Assembly (NCBI GenBank): GCA_963833985.1
Contig: CAWIAD010000002.1
Coordinates: 5,312,001 to 5,376,000 of the forward strand
Source of the DNA: an uncultured Planctomycetaceae bacterium
GTDB lineage: Bacteria > Planctomycetota > Planctomycetia > Isosphaerales > Isosphaeraceae
Length of the DNA: 64,000 nt
Direction: 5' to 3'
Positions 40,879 to 52,247 of this stretch are shown here, piece by piece; the stretch's first letter is position 1, and every line of letters begins with the position of its first letter. The notes below the pieces were generated by a model, which saw only the letters and a list, made by a program, of their open reading frames with translations, did not search any database and was not told where the DNA came from. The translations under genes and the position numbers were made by a program.

Positions 40879-41031
40879 AACCACAGAGATCACAGAGATC
40901 ACAGAGAAGAAAAAGAGCGAAGAGGAGACAGGGAAGCGGGAAGAGGGAAGCGGGGATGTCCAGGCAAGGTCACCCATGTCACTCGCGAATTCCGCGTGTC
41001 TTTCTCTGTGGTCTCTGTGATCTCTGTGGTT
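40879..41031. repeat. 30 bp inverted repeat built from CACAGAGAT nonamers
   Basis: AACCACAGAGATCACAGAGATCACAGAGAA (40879-40908) vs TTCTCTGTGGTCTCTGTGATCTCTGTGGTT (41002-41031), one mismatch. Confidence 0.8.
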
Positions 41032-41052
41032 GGTTCTTCGCGTTCGCTTCAT

Positions 41053-41181
41053 CACTGCCCACTGCCCACTGCTGACAGGCAAGAATGCCTGTCCTCCCCT
41101 TCCTCTTCACTGCCCACTGCCGCCTTCGTGGGCCTCGCCTGCGGCTCGACCCACCCTACAAGCTGCCCACTGCACACTGCC
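41053..41181. repeat. CACTGCC heptamer intergenic repeats
   Basis: Copies at about 41053-41071, 41108-41121 and 41163-41181. Confidence 0.7.
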
Positions 41182-41693
41182 TACTTGATCTGTAGTAGTT
41201 CGACTTCGAAGAGCAGGGTGGCGTTGGGCGGTATGACGCCGCCTGCGCCGCGGCTGCCGTAGCCGAGGCTGGGGGGGATCAGCAGCTCGCGCTTGCCGCC
41301 CACCTTCATGCTCATCACGCCCTCGTCCCAGCCCTTGATCACCTGGCCAGTGCCGATGACGAAATCGAAGGGCTGGCCGCGGTCCACGGAGCTGTCAAAC
41401 TTCTTGCCCTTGACTCCGTTTTCCCAGAGCCAGCCGGTGTAATGCATGTAGCAGGTTTCGCCCCTCTTGGGCTTTTCGCCGGTCCCTTCCTTGACGTCCC
41501 GGTATTGCAGGCCGCTGTCGGTCTTGGTCATCCTCTTTTCCTTCTCGGCTTGGCTGGCACGCGCGAGTGGACCCTCGGTCGCCGCGACGAAGGCGAGCAT
41601 CGCCGCCATGGCGGCAACAAGACGCCAGGGCCTCGAGGCGGTTCTGAGATGGCAGGTGAGATCCGTCGTGTGCATCATCCACATCCTCATCAT
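41181..41693 (-). CDS. FKBP-type peptidyl-prolyl isomerase
   Basis: 'HYTGWL..KFDSSVDRGQPF..VIKGWDEG..IPPNATLLFEVEL'. Start uncertain. Confidence 0.95.
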   Translation of the reverse strand: MMRMWMMHTTDLTCHLRTASRPWRLVAAMAAMLAFVAATEGPLARASQAEKEKRMTKTDSGLQYRDVKEGTGEKPKRGETCYMHYTGWLWENGVKGKKFDSSVDRGQPFDFVIGTGQVIKGWDEGVMSMKVGGKRELLIPPSLGYGSRGAGGVIPPNATLLFEVELLQIK

Positions 41694-41947
41694 GTCACAT
41701 GCGGGTTCGGAGAGGGAAACGGGCCCTCCTTGCGGACTGGGTGCACCGTATCAGCGCCCGGGCGAGCGTGGCAAGAGGTTGCAGCCGGCAGGCTTTCCTG
41801 GCCGCAAGCATTCCGCAGGGCGCTTTTTTGCCGCTCCGCCTCTTCGGGTCGTTGTGTCGATCGATCCTATTGCGTACGCTCAGGTTTACATCGTCTCGGG
41901 GGTGTTCCCGCGCCTCTGCATCCGATTCCTGTGTTGAGGGTTCCTCG

Positions 41948-44450
41948 GTGATCGGTATCGGCACGACACTCAACCAGAGGTTCCTGCTCGAGCGGGAGCT
42001 GGGCCGGGGAGGGATGGGCGCGGTTTACTCGGCCACCGACCAGCTCTTGCAGCGGAGTGTGGCGATCAAGCTGCTGAAGGAGCAAAGCGGCGAGGACGTG
42101 GGCAAACGGCTGCGGCTGGAGGCCCAGATCGCCGCCCGGCTGCTGCACGATAACGTCGTACGGATTTACGACTTCGGACAGGCGGAAGGAACCTGGTACC
42201 TGGTGATGGAGCAGGTCGACGGCACCAGCTATGTCAAGCGCTGGAGGGCGCTGAGCCTGGTGGAGCGTCTCCGCGTGCTGGCCCAGGTGGCCGACGCCCT
42301 GGATTACGCCCACCACCAGGGCGTCATTCATCGCGACATCAAGCCGGGCAACGTGCTCCTGACCGCGGCGGACGTGCCCAAGCTGTCGGACTTCGGCCTG
42401 TCGCTCCTGGCCGAGCAGGCCGACGAGGCCGGGAGCATTCGTGGCACGCCCCATTACATGAGCCCGGAGCAGACCAAGGGGCGGCGGCTCGACTTTCGCA
42501 CTGATCTCTACTCCCTGGGCGTGATGCTCTACGAAAGTGCCGCCGGCGCTGTGCCGTTCACCGGCACGACGGCCGCGGTGATGGCCATGCACGTGGGGAC
42601 CATGCCCCAGCCTCCGCGCAGCCGCAACCCGGGGATTTCGGAGCCGCTGGAAAGCCTGATCCTGGCCCTCCTCTCCAAGAAGCCGGCGGCGCGGCCCGCC
42701 AGCGGCGCCGCGGTGGCGCAGGCGATCCGCGAGGAGATCGAGCGGATCGCCGGCCGCGAACAGGCCCAGGCGCAGAACGTGGCGGCCGAAGGGGCCACCG
42801 CGCCGGAGGCTCTGCCCGAGGCGGTTCCCGCTGGCCCGGACCTGTCCGCCCTGGCCGGCCTGGAACAGGAGGCCGCGAGGTCCGCCGCGGCTTCCCAGGC
42901 AGCCAGCGTCGAGCGCTTGCGGCCCGTGCCGCCGGCTCCCTCCCGTCCGGCGCAGCCGCCAGCCAGCGCGGCCGACCTGGTCGCCTCGCCACTGGTGCAG
43001 AAGATGCTCCGCGTGGTGCTGGCCGAGCCGGTGATGCTCTCGGCCGACGAGCGCTACCTCATGGGCCATTACCTGGCCTACCTGCTGATCGGCTCGCGGC
43101 GCAAGGGGCCATTCCAGCGCCGTACCGTGGATCGCCGCAACGCCGACCGCGCACGCTATCTTCTGGCCATGACCTACGCCCTGGCCTCGGGCCCCACCGA
43201 GGAGGCCGTGCACGAGGCGGCCGGCCTGCTTGACCAGAAGATCGAGGTCCGCCCTGCCCTCTCGCCGGTGGTGGTGGCCAAGTACCTGGCCTGGCGCGAT
43301 ACGCCCCAGCGCCGTCGGCTTTTCCGGCAGACGCGCAAGGCCCTCCGCGAGGCCAGCCAGCATGCCCAGAAGCAGATGACCGACGCCCGCGGCCAGCTCA
43401 ATCCCGGTCTGGTGCCCCAGACGCTCGACGACCTGCGGAAGATCGCCCCGGCCCGGAACGTGGTGGACGACGTGCTGGTGGAGCGCTGGAACCGGCTGGC
43501 CGAGGTCTGGCGCGACCATCCCGACTTCCGCGTGGCCGCCCTCCGCTATGCCTCCAGGGAAGCCTACCGCGACCCGGCCAGCCTGGCACTCTGGCCAGAG
43601 GTCGTCTACCCCTTGATCGAGCTGGCGCGCTGGCAGCGCCGGTTCCGCACCCGGGCCGAAACGCTCTGGGACACGCTGGTGGGCCGCCTTTTCCGCCCGG
43701 GCGACGCCGGCCGAACGCTGGACAGGCTGCTCGCCCGCTCCGTCCCCGCACAGGTGGTCGCGCAGATCGACGACTCGGTGAACCTGCTGGCGAAGAAGCC
43801 TCCCGTCGATGCCGAGGAAGACGCCGATGGCGAACACGAGTCCGCGGCCGATGAGACCGACCGGCTGAGCGCCCGGCTTTCCTCGGCGGCGGTGGACCTT
43901 GACGACCTGGCCCAGGAAGCGAGCAAGGACAAGGACCAGGAGCTGGTCACCCTGGTCGATGCCGACCCCATGCGGTTCCTCCAGGGCCAGCTTCAAGAGG
44001 CTCTGGAAGGAGGCCGTGAACGCCTTGACGGCCCAGGCCCGGCCTGGTGCGCCCGGGGCGAACCGCACTCCCGCACACAAACCGGTCCCCCTGGGCCCGT
44101 ATCGCCTGGTGGTCGTGGCGTCGATCCGCGGCCGTGCGGCCGGGCAGGTCGCCATCCAGGGAATGGCCAACAAGCAGATCGAGCTCACCACACCTTCGTT
44201 CCGCACCACCGGCTCGGCCAGCCGCCCCATCCTGGCCGTCTGGCTCTACCGCGATCACAGCCTGGTGATCTCGCACCTCGACTTCCAGGGCACGGAGCGC
44301 TACGTGCTCTGGCACGCCCCGCTCGCGCACCAGGTGAAGTTCGACGACCCCGCCGACCTGCACCGCGAGCTCGAAAACCTCTCCCTGGAACCCCCCGAGC
44401 ACCTCGACACCGCGCTCACCCGCCGCTTCCGCCCCAGGAATATCGTGTAA
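41948..44450 (+). CDS. Ser/Thr protein kinase (frameshift near 43990)
   Basis: LGRGGMGAVY, VAIK, HRDIKPGN, DFG, GTPHYMSPEQ. C-terminus continues in ORF 43899..44450. Confidence 0.9.
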
Positions 44451-44588
44451 GTTCACGGAAGCACCATGAGACCGGAACCGGATTGACAGGGCGGTTTTTT
44501 TAGCTACTCTGTATTACGCAGTAGAGAGCGGAGTCTGGGTCATTCCTCGGGCTCTGCTCGGTCTTTGCGAGATGGGGAAAGCGTGGAT

Positions 44589-44939
44589 ATGGACCACTGG
44601 GAAACCCAGATGCGCAAGGGGCTGGTGGAACTGGCCGTGCTGGCGACGATTGCGCGCGGGGAGACCTACGGGTACCGGATCGTCGAGCAGCTCCAGCGGC
44701 TGGAGGGCCTGGCGCTCACCGAGAGCACCGTGTATCCGGTACTCACACGGCTGGCTCGCGAGGCGTTCCTGGCGACCCGCACCGAGCCTTCGCCGGCCGG
44801 TCCGGCCCGGCGGTATTATCGCCTCACGGCCCGCGGCGAGCAGCGGTTGCGCCAGATGGCGGAACGCTGGAACAGCGTGGTATGTTCGGTTACAGGATTG
44901 CTCAACTCTCATCACGAAGGAGCGCAAGCATGTCCGTGA
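44589..44939 (+). CDS. PadR family transcriptional regulator
   Basis: 'QMRKGLVELAVL..YGY..TVYPVLTRL..GPARRYYRLT'. Confidence 0.9.
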   Translation: MDHWETQMRKGLVELAVLATIARGETYGYRIVEQLQRLEGLALTESTVYPVLTRLAREAFLATRTEPSPAGPARRYYRLTARGEQRLRQMAERWNSVVCSVTGLLNSHHEGAQACP

Positions 44940-45615
44940 TCACCTCGGTCCAGGTTCCCGAATCGCTGCAAATGCTGATTGACAGCCGGCTCGACACGAT
45001 CGACCGGATGCTGCTGGGTGCATGCCCCGGTCGCAAAGGGTGGAGATCGTCCGCGAGGTCGAGGCCCAGATTTACGAGCTGCTTGGCGAATGCGAGCGCG
45101 GGCGCGAGGGCACAGGAGCAGGCGCAGGCGAGGAGGTGTCGCGCCAGGACGTGCTGTCGGTGCTCGGCCGGCTCGACCCGCCGGAAGCCTACCTGCCGGA
45201 CGAGGCCGGGTTCGAGACCGGGCCGGGCCTAGCAGGGCAAGGGCCTGGGCCTGCCTCCGTCAGGGCGATGGCTGCGCGTCCGGCCGTCTCGCGGAGCGCC
45301 CCGGCGGTCGAGCTGAAACCGAGGGCGGCGAAGGCGAGCGGGATTGTGGGAATCGTGACGCTGGTGTCCTCGTTCCTGCTGGCTCCCCTGCTCATCCTGT
45401 TCGCCTCGGTCTTCAGGACGGATTCCACGGTGGGGGTTCTCATCTTCTGGATTCCCACGGCCGGGTCTGTCTTCGTCGCCGCCATCGTGGCGATCGTCCT
45501 GGCGGCCCAGGCCCGCCTGCGCAACGGCTGGGCGATCACCGGCCTGTGCACGGGCATCGGCGCGCTTCTGGTCTTCAGCGCGAAGTCGCTCTGGCTGCTG
45601 CTGGAGGCCTTGTGA
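44930..45615 (+). CDS. PadR-associated membrane protein (HAAS/DUF1700-like; frameshift near 45020)
   Basis: 'EIVREVEAQIYELL..VLGRLDPPEAY' plus three TM segments. Confidence 0.7.
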
Positions 45616-45623
45616 CCCAGTTG

Positions 45624-45765
45624 CCGTGGAACACGATTCCATTCGTGTCATTCCTCTTCTTTCATAGATCCCATGACACGATCGGAATCGTGTTCCACGG
45701 AAAGAGAAACGTGGCATTCTTCCCTCTTTATAGAACACCATGACACGAACGGAATCGTGTCCCAC
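45624..45765. repeat. Cluster of three REP-like palindromes
   Basis: ACACGATTCCATTCGTGT 45631-45648; GACACGATCGGAATCGTGT 45675-45693; GACACGAACGGAATCGTGTC 45742-45761. Confidence 0.85.
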
Positions 45766-45869
45766 AGGGGAAGAATCACAACACGAGCGAAGTCTTGCCC
45801 CTCATGGGGCAATGCGGCATGATCGGGTTTTGCATCAGGCGAAGACATGACGACCCGCGGAGCAGTTCC

Positions 45870-48143
45870 ATGAGCTCTCTCAACCGCCCGAGCCTGTTCT
45901 GGGTGCCCTTGATCTGGCTCGCGGCGATTCCCTCCGCGGCAGCCCAGCCTTTGCCCGGCACTCAGCCGCTTACCATGACCGGCGATATTGCCGATGCGCT
46001 CGTCTCCGGCGCCGACCGGTTCCTGCTCCGCAAGATCGACGAGTCGGTCGGCCAGCGCGCCCGGCACTGGAAGCGCGACGTCTCGTCGGCCGCGGCCTAC
46101 AACGCCTCGGTCGAGCCCAACCGCAAGCGGCTGGCGCATATCGTGGGGGTGCGTGATCCGCGGGCGGCGGTCGAGGGTTTGCAGCTCGACGTGAAGCGCG
46201 CGCGGGACATGGCGCTGAGCCGCGGGGACAACTTCCAGGTCTTCGCGGTCCGCTGGCCGGCCTTCGGCGACGTCCAGGGCGAGGGCTTGCTGCTGGTGCC
46301 CGACGGGCCCGACAACGCGACCGTCATCGCCATTCCCGATGCGGGACAGTCGCCCGAGCAGCTTGCCGGCATCTCGCCTGGAATCCCCGAGGTATCGCAA
46401 GTGGCTCGCAGGCTGGCCGAGAGCGGCTGCCGGGTGATCGTACCGGCACTCATCGACCGCACCATCGAACCGCGCCACGGCCGCGTCCGGCTGACGGACC
46501 GCGAGTTCCTTTACCGCCCCGCATTCGAGCTCGGCCGGCATATCATCGGCTACGAGGTGCAAAAGGTGCTCGCACTCGTCGACCTGCTGGCAAAGCAGCC
46601 CAACCTGGGCGTCTTCGGGTACGGCGAGGGCGGGGCCATTGCGCTCTACGCCGCGGCCCTCGACACGCGGATCAAGGCCGCCTGCGTCAGCGGCTATTTC
46701 GACGACCGCAATTCTCTCTGGACCCAGCCGATCGACCGCAACGTGTTCGGCTTGCTCGATGAGTTCGGCGATGCCGAGCTGGCCAGCCTGGTGGCGCCTC
46801 GAACGCTGATCATCGAGGCCGCCAGGGGGCCGGAGTTCGTCATCCCGCCCGGTACGGGAGGCGCTCCGGGCCGGCTGACCACGCCCAGGCTGGAAGCGGT
46901 CAAGGCCGAGGTGGACCGCGCCCGCAAGCTCGTGGCCGGTCTTCAGCCGGAAGCGTGGCTCGCGCTGATCAACCGCGAATTCGATGGTCAGGGGCCGTTC
47001 GGAACGACGCTGGCCTTGAGCCGGTTCCTGTCGGCCCTCGATGCCAAGCTGGTGATGCCGGAAAACGCCCAGGTGAAGATCATCGATCGGTCTGATGACC
47101 GCCAGGCCCGCCAGCTCCACGAGCTCGACCGGCACACCCAGCAGCTTCTGGTCGAGAGCCCCTACGTCCGGGCGAAGTTCATGGAGAAGCTCGACACGAA
47201 GACGCCGGAAGCTTACGCGAAGACGGTCGAGCCTTACCGCGAGTTCTTCGCCACCGAGGTCATCGGCCGGTTCGACGACACGCTGTTACCGCCCAATGTC
47301 CGCTCGCGCAGGGTCTACGACGAGCCGAAGTTCACCGGCTACGAGGTCGTGCTCGACGTCTTCCCGGACGTCATCGCCTATGGCATCCTGCTCTTGCCGA
47401 AGGGCATCAAGGACGGCGAGAAGCGGCCGGTGGTGGTTTGCCAGCACGGGCTGGAGGGCCGGCCGCAGGACGTCGCCGACCCGAAGATTCACAACCCGGC
47501 CTACCACCAGTTCGCGGTGCAGCTCGTCGAGCGCGGGTTCATCACGTTCGCACCACAGAACCTCTATCTCTTCGGCGACCGGTTCCGCACCCTCCAGCGC
47601 AAGGCGAACCCGCTGGGCAAGACGCTCTTTTCGATCATCGTCCCGCAGCACCAGCAGATCACCGGCTGGCTGAAGACCCTGCCGCAGGTCGACCCTGAGC
47701 GCATTGCTTTTTACGGCCTCAGCTACGGAGGCAAGTCGGCGATGCGCATCCCGCCCCTGGTGAAGGATTATTGCCTGTCAATCTGCTCGGCGGACTTCAA
47801 CGAATGGGTCTGGAAGAACGCGTCCACGCGCAGTCCGTACAGCTACGTCTGGGGCAACGAGTACGAGATCTTCGAGTTCGACCTGGGCTCGACGTTCAAC
47901 TATGCGGAGATGGCCGCGCTCATCGCCCCCAGGCCGTTCATGGTCGAGCGCGGGCAGTTCGACAGCGTGGCTCCGGACGACATGGTGGCCCACGAGTTCG
48001 CGAAGGTCTTTCACCTCTACAGCGCCCGCCTTGGCCTGGGCGACCGCTGCGCCATCGAGTTCTTCGCCGGCCCGCACACGATCCACGGCCAGGGCACGTT
48101 CCGCTTCCTGCACCGCCACCTGAACTGGCCCGACCCGCGCTGA
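45870..48143 (+). CDS. Secreted tandem alpha/beta hydrolase (dienelactone-hydrolase-like)
   Basis: Signal peptide; GYGEGG and GLSYGG motifs; 'VVCQHGLEG'. Confidence 0.85.
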   Translation: MSSLNRPSLFWVPLIWLAAIPSAAAQPLPGTQPLTMTGDIADALVSGADRFLLRKIDESVGQRARHWKRDVSSAAAYNASVEPNRKRLAHIVGVRDPRAAVEGLQLDVKRARDMALSRGDNFQVFAVRWPAFGDVQGEGLLLVPDGPDNATVIAIPDAGQSPEQLAGISPGIPEVSQVARRLAESGCRVIVPALIDRTIEPRHGRVRLTDREFLYRPAFELGRHIIGYEVQKVLALVDLLAKQPNLGVFGYGEGGAIALYAAALDTRIKAACVSGYFDDRNSLWTQPIDRNVFGLLDEFGDAELASLVAPRTLIIEAARGPEFVIPPGTGGAPGRLTTPRLEAVKAEVDRARKLVAGLQPEAWLALINREFDGQGPFGTTLALSRFLSALDAKLVMPENAQVKIIDRSDDRQARQLHELDRHTQQLLVESPYVRAKFMEKLDTKTPEAYAKTVEPYREFFATEVIGRFDDTLLPPNVRSRRVYDEPKFTGYEVVLDVFPDVIAYGILLLPKGIKDGEKRPVVVCQHGLEGRPQDVADPKIHNPAYHQFAVQLVERGFITFAPQNLYLFGDRFRTLQRKANPLGKTLFSIIVPQHQQITGWLKTLPQVDPERIAFYGLSYGGKSAMRIPPLVKDYCLSICSADFNEWVWKNASTRSPYSYVWGNEYEIFEFDLGSTFNYAEMAALIAPRPFMVERGQFDSVAPDDMVAHEFAKVFHLYSARLGLGDRCAIEFFAGPHTIHGQGTFRFLHRHLNWPDPR

Positions 48144-48164
48144 GCTCCTGCACCTCTGCCTCGT

Positions 48165-48250
48165 GGGACACGATTGGAATCGTGGCCCAAAGGGAGAGAC
48201 CGTCACACGATCGGAATCGAGTTCCACGAACAGCGAGAAGATCGGAATCC
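48165..48250. repeat. Cluster of REP-like palindromes
   Basis: GACACGATTGGAATCGTGG 48167-48185, CACACGATCGGAATCG near 48204, GATCGGAATC near 48240. Confidence 0.75.
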
Positions 48251-48267
48251 TACACCACGTCGTTTGT

Positions 48268-51141
48268 CTACCGTCGTGTGCCGCGGGGTGGGCGTCGTCG
48301 GGGAGCTCCAGCACCTGGCCGGCGATGAGGCGCGAGGGGTCGTCGATGATGTCGCGGTTCAGTTCCAGGATCTCACTGGCGCGGCGGGCGTCGTCGAGGG
48401 TGTCGCGGGCGATCGTCCGCAATGTGTCGTAGGGGCGGACCTTGTAAACCGGCCGGGCGGCCGTCACACGGGTGTGGACCTCGGGTTGACCGTCCTGGTC
48501 CGGACGGACACGCTCGGCGGGCGCGGAACCGCGGGTGCTCGTCCGCTCGGTCGCGGCGTCGGGGAACGGCAGGTTCAGCTCCACGTCCGACCGGCTGGAG
48601 CGCCGCACCGGCACGCTGTCGCCGGAGCCAGCATCGGAGCCGGCGCGGGTCGTCTCGTGGCGGGCCAGGATCTCGCCTTCAGCCTGAGGTTGAGGCTGAA
48701 GCTGAGCCTGAGGTTGACGCTGACGCTGAGACTGGGTCCTGGCCTGAATGGGCTGAGCGGCCTTGCCGGGCGGGTCGATGAAGGCCGGGTCCAGCTCCTC
48801 GGGCGGAGGAACGCGTACCACCGTGCCCTGGTAGAGCTTGGTGATCTCCGGCACCCTGTCCTCGTTGGCCTTCCACAAGGCGCGATAGTACCGGCCCGAG
48901 TTGTAGTACATACGCGAGATGTCCCAGAAGTTCTCGCGGTTCTCCACCCGGTGGAGCACGGTTTCCAGCTTGCCCGCGCCGCTGGCCGGCCGCTTGCTAC
49001 CGGCGCTGGCCTCCGCGGCCGGTGCACTCTTGCCGCGGCCTGGCGGCGATTCGAGCTCGAAGCTCTGCTCCTTGTCGGCGTGGGCGTTCGGGTCGGTCGT
49101 TCCGGCGAGCGTTCCCTGGCCTTCGCCATCGTCCAGGCCTGGAACCTCGCGCTGCACCTCGTGCACGGCAGAACCGCCGCTGTGATGGATTGGCACCCAG
49201 CCCTGCCGCACCAGCTCCTCGCTGTTCATGGGTCCGGCTGCCGTCGGCGCGGCGTCCCCGGCGGGAATGATGCTGGCCGAGGGCTCCGCGGAGGCTGGCT
49301 CACGGCTCCGCTCCGGCCGTGATGACGACGCTGCCGCAGCCGCAACGGCCGGTGCCAGAACAGCAGCGGAAGCGCCGGCCACAGCAAGAGCCGGGGCCGG
49401 TGACGGATGCGACGCGGGCGCTCCGGATGCCCCGTGATCCAGGGCAGAAGCGGAAGCGAAAGCGGAATCGGCAGCGGGAGCATGTGCCGGTGCGGACGAC
49501 GCCGATACCGAGTCCAGTACCGGGGCAGGAGCAGGCGCCGCGGCGACCAGTGGTGCCGCGGCCGGCCCAGGATCCGGCGCGGGAGCCATGGCCGGCGGCT
49601 CGGCGGGTGCAAGGGCGGACGGGGGAGGAACAGCGGGAGAGGGAGCGGGCTTCGCCTGGGCCACGGGCGTGCCGCGGCCATTCGACGGCGCGGGCTTGTG
49701 CTCTCGCGCGGTGACGGCGGCCGCGGCGCCAAGGGCTGCGCCTGTGCCCAGGGCCGCGCTGCCGGCCACGGCGGCCAAGGTAGCCGCAGCCACCGTCGGG
49801 TTCCCGGCCGCCGAAGCGGGCGCGGGCAGCGGAATGGCTCGGGAGGCCGGGGCCGGCGCAGGGCAGGGGCAGCCGCCGGCACCGGCGCAGGGGCATCGAC
49901 CGGCGGCAGCGGGGTGATCACCGGCGCGGCGCACTGGTAAGCGTTGCGGCGGGTGCAGGGGCGGGCGCGAGGCCAGGAGCCGCGACAGCACCCGGCGGCG
50001 CAGCAGGCGGCTTGTCGGCCGTGGGAAGTTCCAGCAAGGGCGAGAGCGCAGGGGCGGCCGCCGGCACGGGTCCCTGTCCGGCAGCCGCGGCCGGCTCCGG
50101 CAAAAGGCCGATTGCCGGAGCGGAGCCGACCGCAGGCGCCGGCGCGGCAGCCAGCTTCGGGTCTGTCACGGCCCCCGCGCCGTTCCTGGCACCGGAGACC
50201 GGTGGCAGCTCGTCGATGGGCGGCAGCGCGAGGCTGCTGCCGGCGGCCGCCAGCGAGATGGGCTCGCCGGAGGGCACCGGAAGCGCAGGATCGTCAGCCC
50301 TGGCATCCGGGGCCGGGGCAGCCGCAATCACCGGCGCCGGTGGGGCGGCAGACGGAAGCGCTTCGCCGCCGTGAGATCCCCTGTCCTGGCTCGACTGGCC
50401 CGACGAGCCGGAATCGCCGGGCAGAGCCGGCAGGTTCCCATCAGCCAGCAGGGCCGCCGGTGCAGCCGCTTTCGACTTCCTCTCATGCGTTTCCTGCTTC
50501 GCGGACTCCGACTTCGAGGCGGAGGACGCGGGCAAACTGTTGTGGGCCGTTTGCGCGGCTGATGGCGCGGGCCTGGGAGCCGTATCTGGATCTGGAACCG
50601 CAGCCGGGGTCCTGGACTGAGCCCCGGACGTGGAGCCGGAGGCCGAGGCCGAGGTCGACGTGACCGCACCGATCTGGGCGGTTGTGTCGTGCTTCCCCTG
50701 GCCCGGCTTGAGCACGACCACGGACGCCAGGATGGCCAGCGAAAGCCCCGTGGCCAGGGCGCCCCGGGGATAGCGCCGGGCCAGGACATAACCCTGCCGG
50801 GCCGCTCCCCACCCGAGGTCTGCCGCCATGCCCAGCCGCTGAGCCCAGGAAGCGGCCGCGAACCGGGATTTCCCTTTGGCCGCCTTCTCGTGGACGTCAT
50901 CCCCGTCCGGGTCGCCGTGCTCGTTCTCGTCCTCGGGCGCGCCGTCGTCGCCCGTGGAACCGTCGGCGTAGTGGACGGGCAAGGCGAAGCCGGCCAGGGG
51001 CCCGGCCGGGCGCGAAGTCGAGGGCTCAGCCCCGGCCTCTGCCATCGGCATCGGCGCTGGCGTCGGCGCTGGCCCCGGCTGAGGCTCGGGCTCTGGCCTG
51101 GGATCGAATTCGGACGTCACGTTCCAGGCTGGTTCAGACAT
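48268..51141 (-). CDS. Membrane-anchored Pro/Ala-rich protein with two LysM domains (frameshifts near 49930 and at the 3' end)
   Basis: TM 'ALATGLSLAILASVVVL'; 'HRVENRENFWDISRMYY' and 'YKVRPYDTLRTIARDTL..LIAGQVLELP'. Confidence 0.75.
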
Positions 51142-52021
51142 CGCTCGGCCACCCTCAGTTTGGCGCTGCGCGCCGGGGATTGACGGCCACTTCCGGGGCC
51201 GTCGCGGTCACGGGTTTCCTGGTCAGGACATTCAGCGCGGGCTCGTTGCGAAAGGCCCACTTGACGCGGCGGTCTTCCAGCGAGTGGAAGCTGATGATCG
51301 CGGCCCGGCCGCCAGGAGCCAGGATCCCCGGCAGTTGCCCGAGGATCGCATCAAGGTGGCCCAGCTCGTCATTGACCTTGATTCGCAGAGCCTGGAAGAC
51401 GCGGGTCGCCGGGTCGATCGGCCCGTGCCGGTAGCGGCCGGGCACGCTCTGGCGGACGAGCTCGGCAAGCTGCCGGGTGGTCTCGATCCGCGTGTGCCGC
51501 CGGGCCTCGACGATCCGGCGGGCGATCCGCCTGCTGTACCGCTCTTCCCCGAAGTGAAAGAAGACGTCGGCCAGGGCGTCGGCCGCGAGGCTGTTGACCA
51601 GCTCGGCGGCGGTGGGCCCGGTGGCCAGTGAGCCCGGTTCGGGGCTCGCGTCGAACCGCATGTCGAGCGGCCCGTCCTGAGCGAAGCTGAACCCGCGATC
51701 GGCCCAGGCAAGCTGGTCGGAGGAGAGCCCCAGGTCCAGAAGAACCCCCTGGACCGCCCTGATGCCGCGCTCGTCCAGCACCTCGCGCATCGCGCTGTAG
51801 GGTGAATGGATCAGCGTCACGGGCAGGCCGGCGGTGGCTTCCTGGGCCAGGGCCAGCATGGCCGGGTCGCGGTCCAGTCCGATGACTTGGCCGCTGGGGC
51901 CGACGCGCTCCGCCAGGGCTGCGGCATGCCCCCCGGCGCCGGCGGTCCCATCGACCAGGACTGCCCCGTCTTGCGGCTGCAACCAGTGAGTCACCTCGTC
52001 GAGCAGGACGGGGCGATGCAC
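51117..52021 (-). CDS. rsmH: 16S rRNA m4C1402 methyltransferase (frameshift near the 3' end)
   Basis: HRPVLL, DGTAGAGGH, LLDLGLSSDQL, DGPLDMR, ISFHSLEDR. The conserved 'RSAKLRVAER' end is in a shifted frame. Confidence 0.95.
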
Positions 52022-52247
52022 GTTTCAACCCGCTTTCGACGGTCGAGAACGCGTCGCGGCCCTGTCCTGTCCTGGGACATGCCGCGACGCCAGATAGGAA
52101 CATCGCGACTCTACCGGAACCGACAAAGCTGTCAAGCTCAGGGAGCCAGCCATCATCATCGATCGGCGCTGGCGGGGGAAAACTTGAGGAGCAGAGATGT
52201 CTGTCTTGCTTGAACGGAGAAGATGACTCCCATCGATCTGGTGGTCT

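Noticed and set aside
41867..44230. Long antisense ORFs (787 aa here; also 8192..9691 and 31029..32327)
   Set aside because: Shadow frames of high-GC genes that have clear motifs on the opposite strand.
45624..48250. Palindromic repeats as a CRISPR array
   Set aside because: Mixed orientation, irregular spacing, degenerate copies in separate intergenic regions, and no cas genes.
47778..48267. Extension of the LysM ORF antisense into the hydrolase gene
   Set aside because: Probable read-through from an indel; a TAG at 48268-48270 in a neighbouring frame follows the last LysM domain.
48683..48735. Hexamer-like tandem repeat
   Set aside because: It encodes a QPQ/QAQ linker inside the LysM protein.
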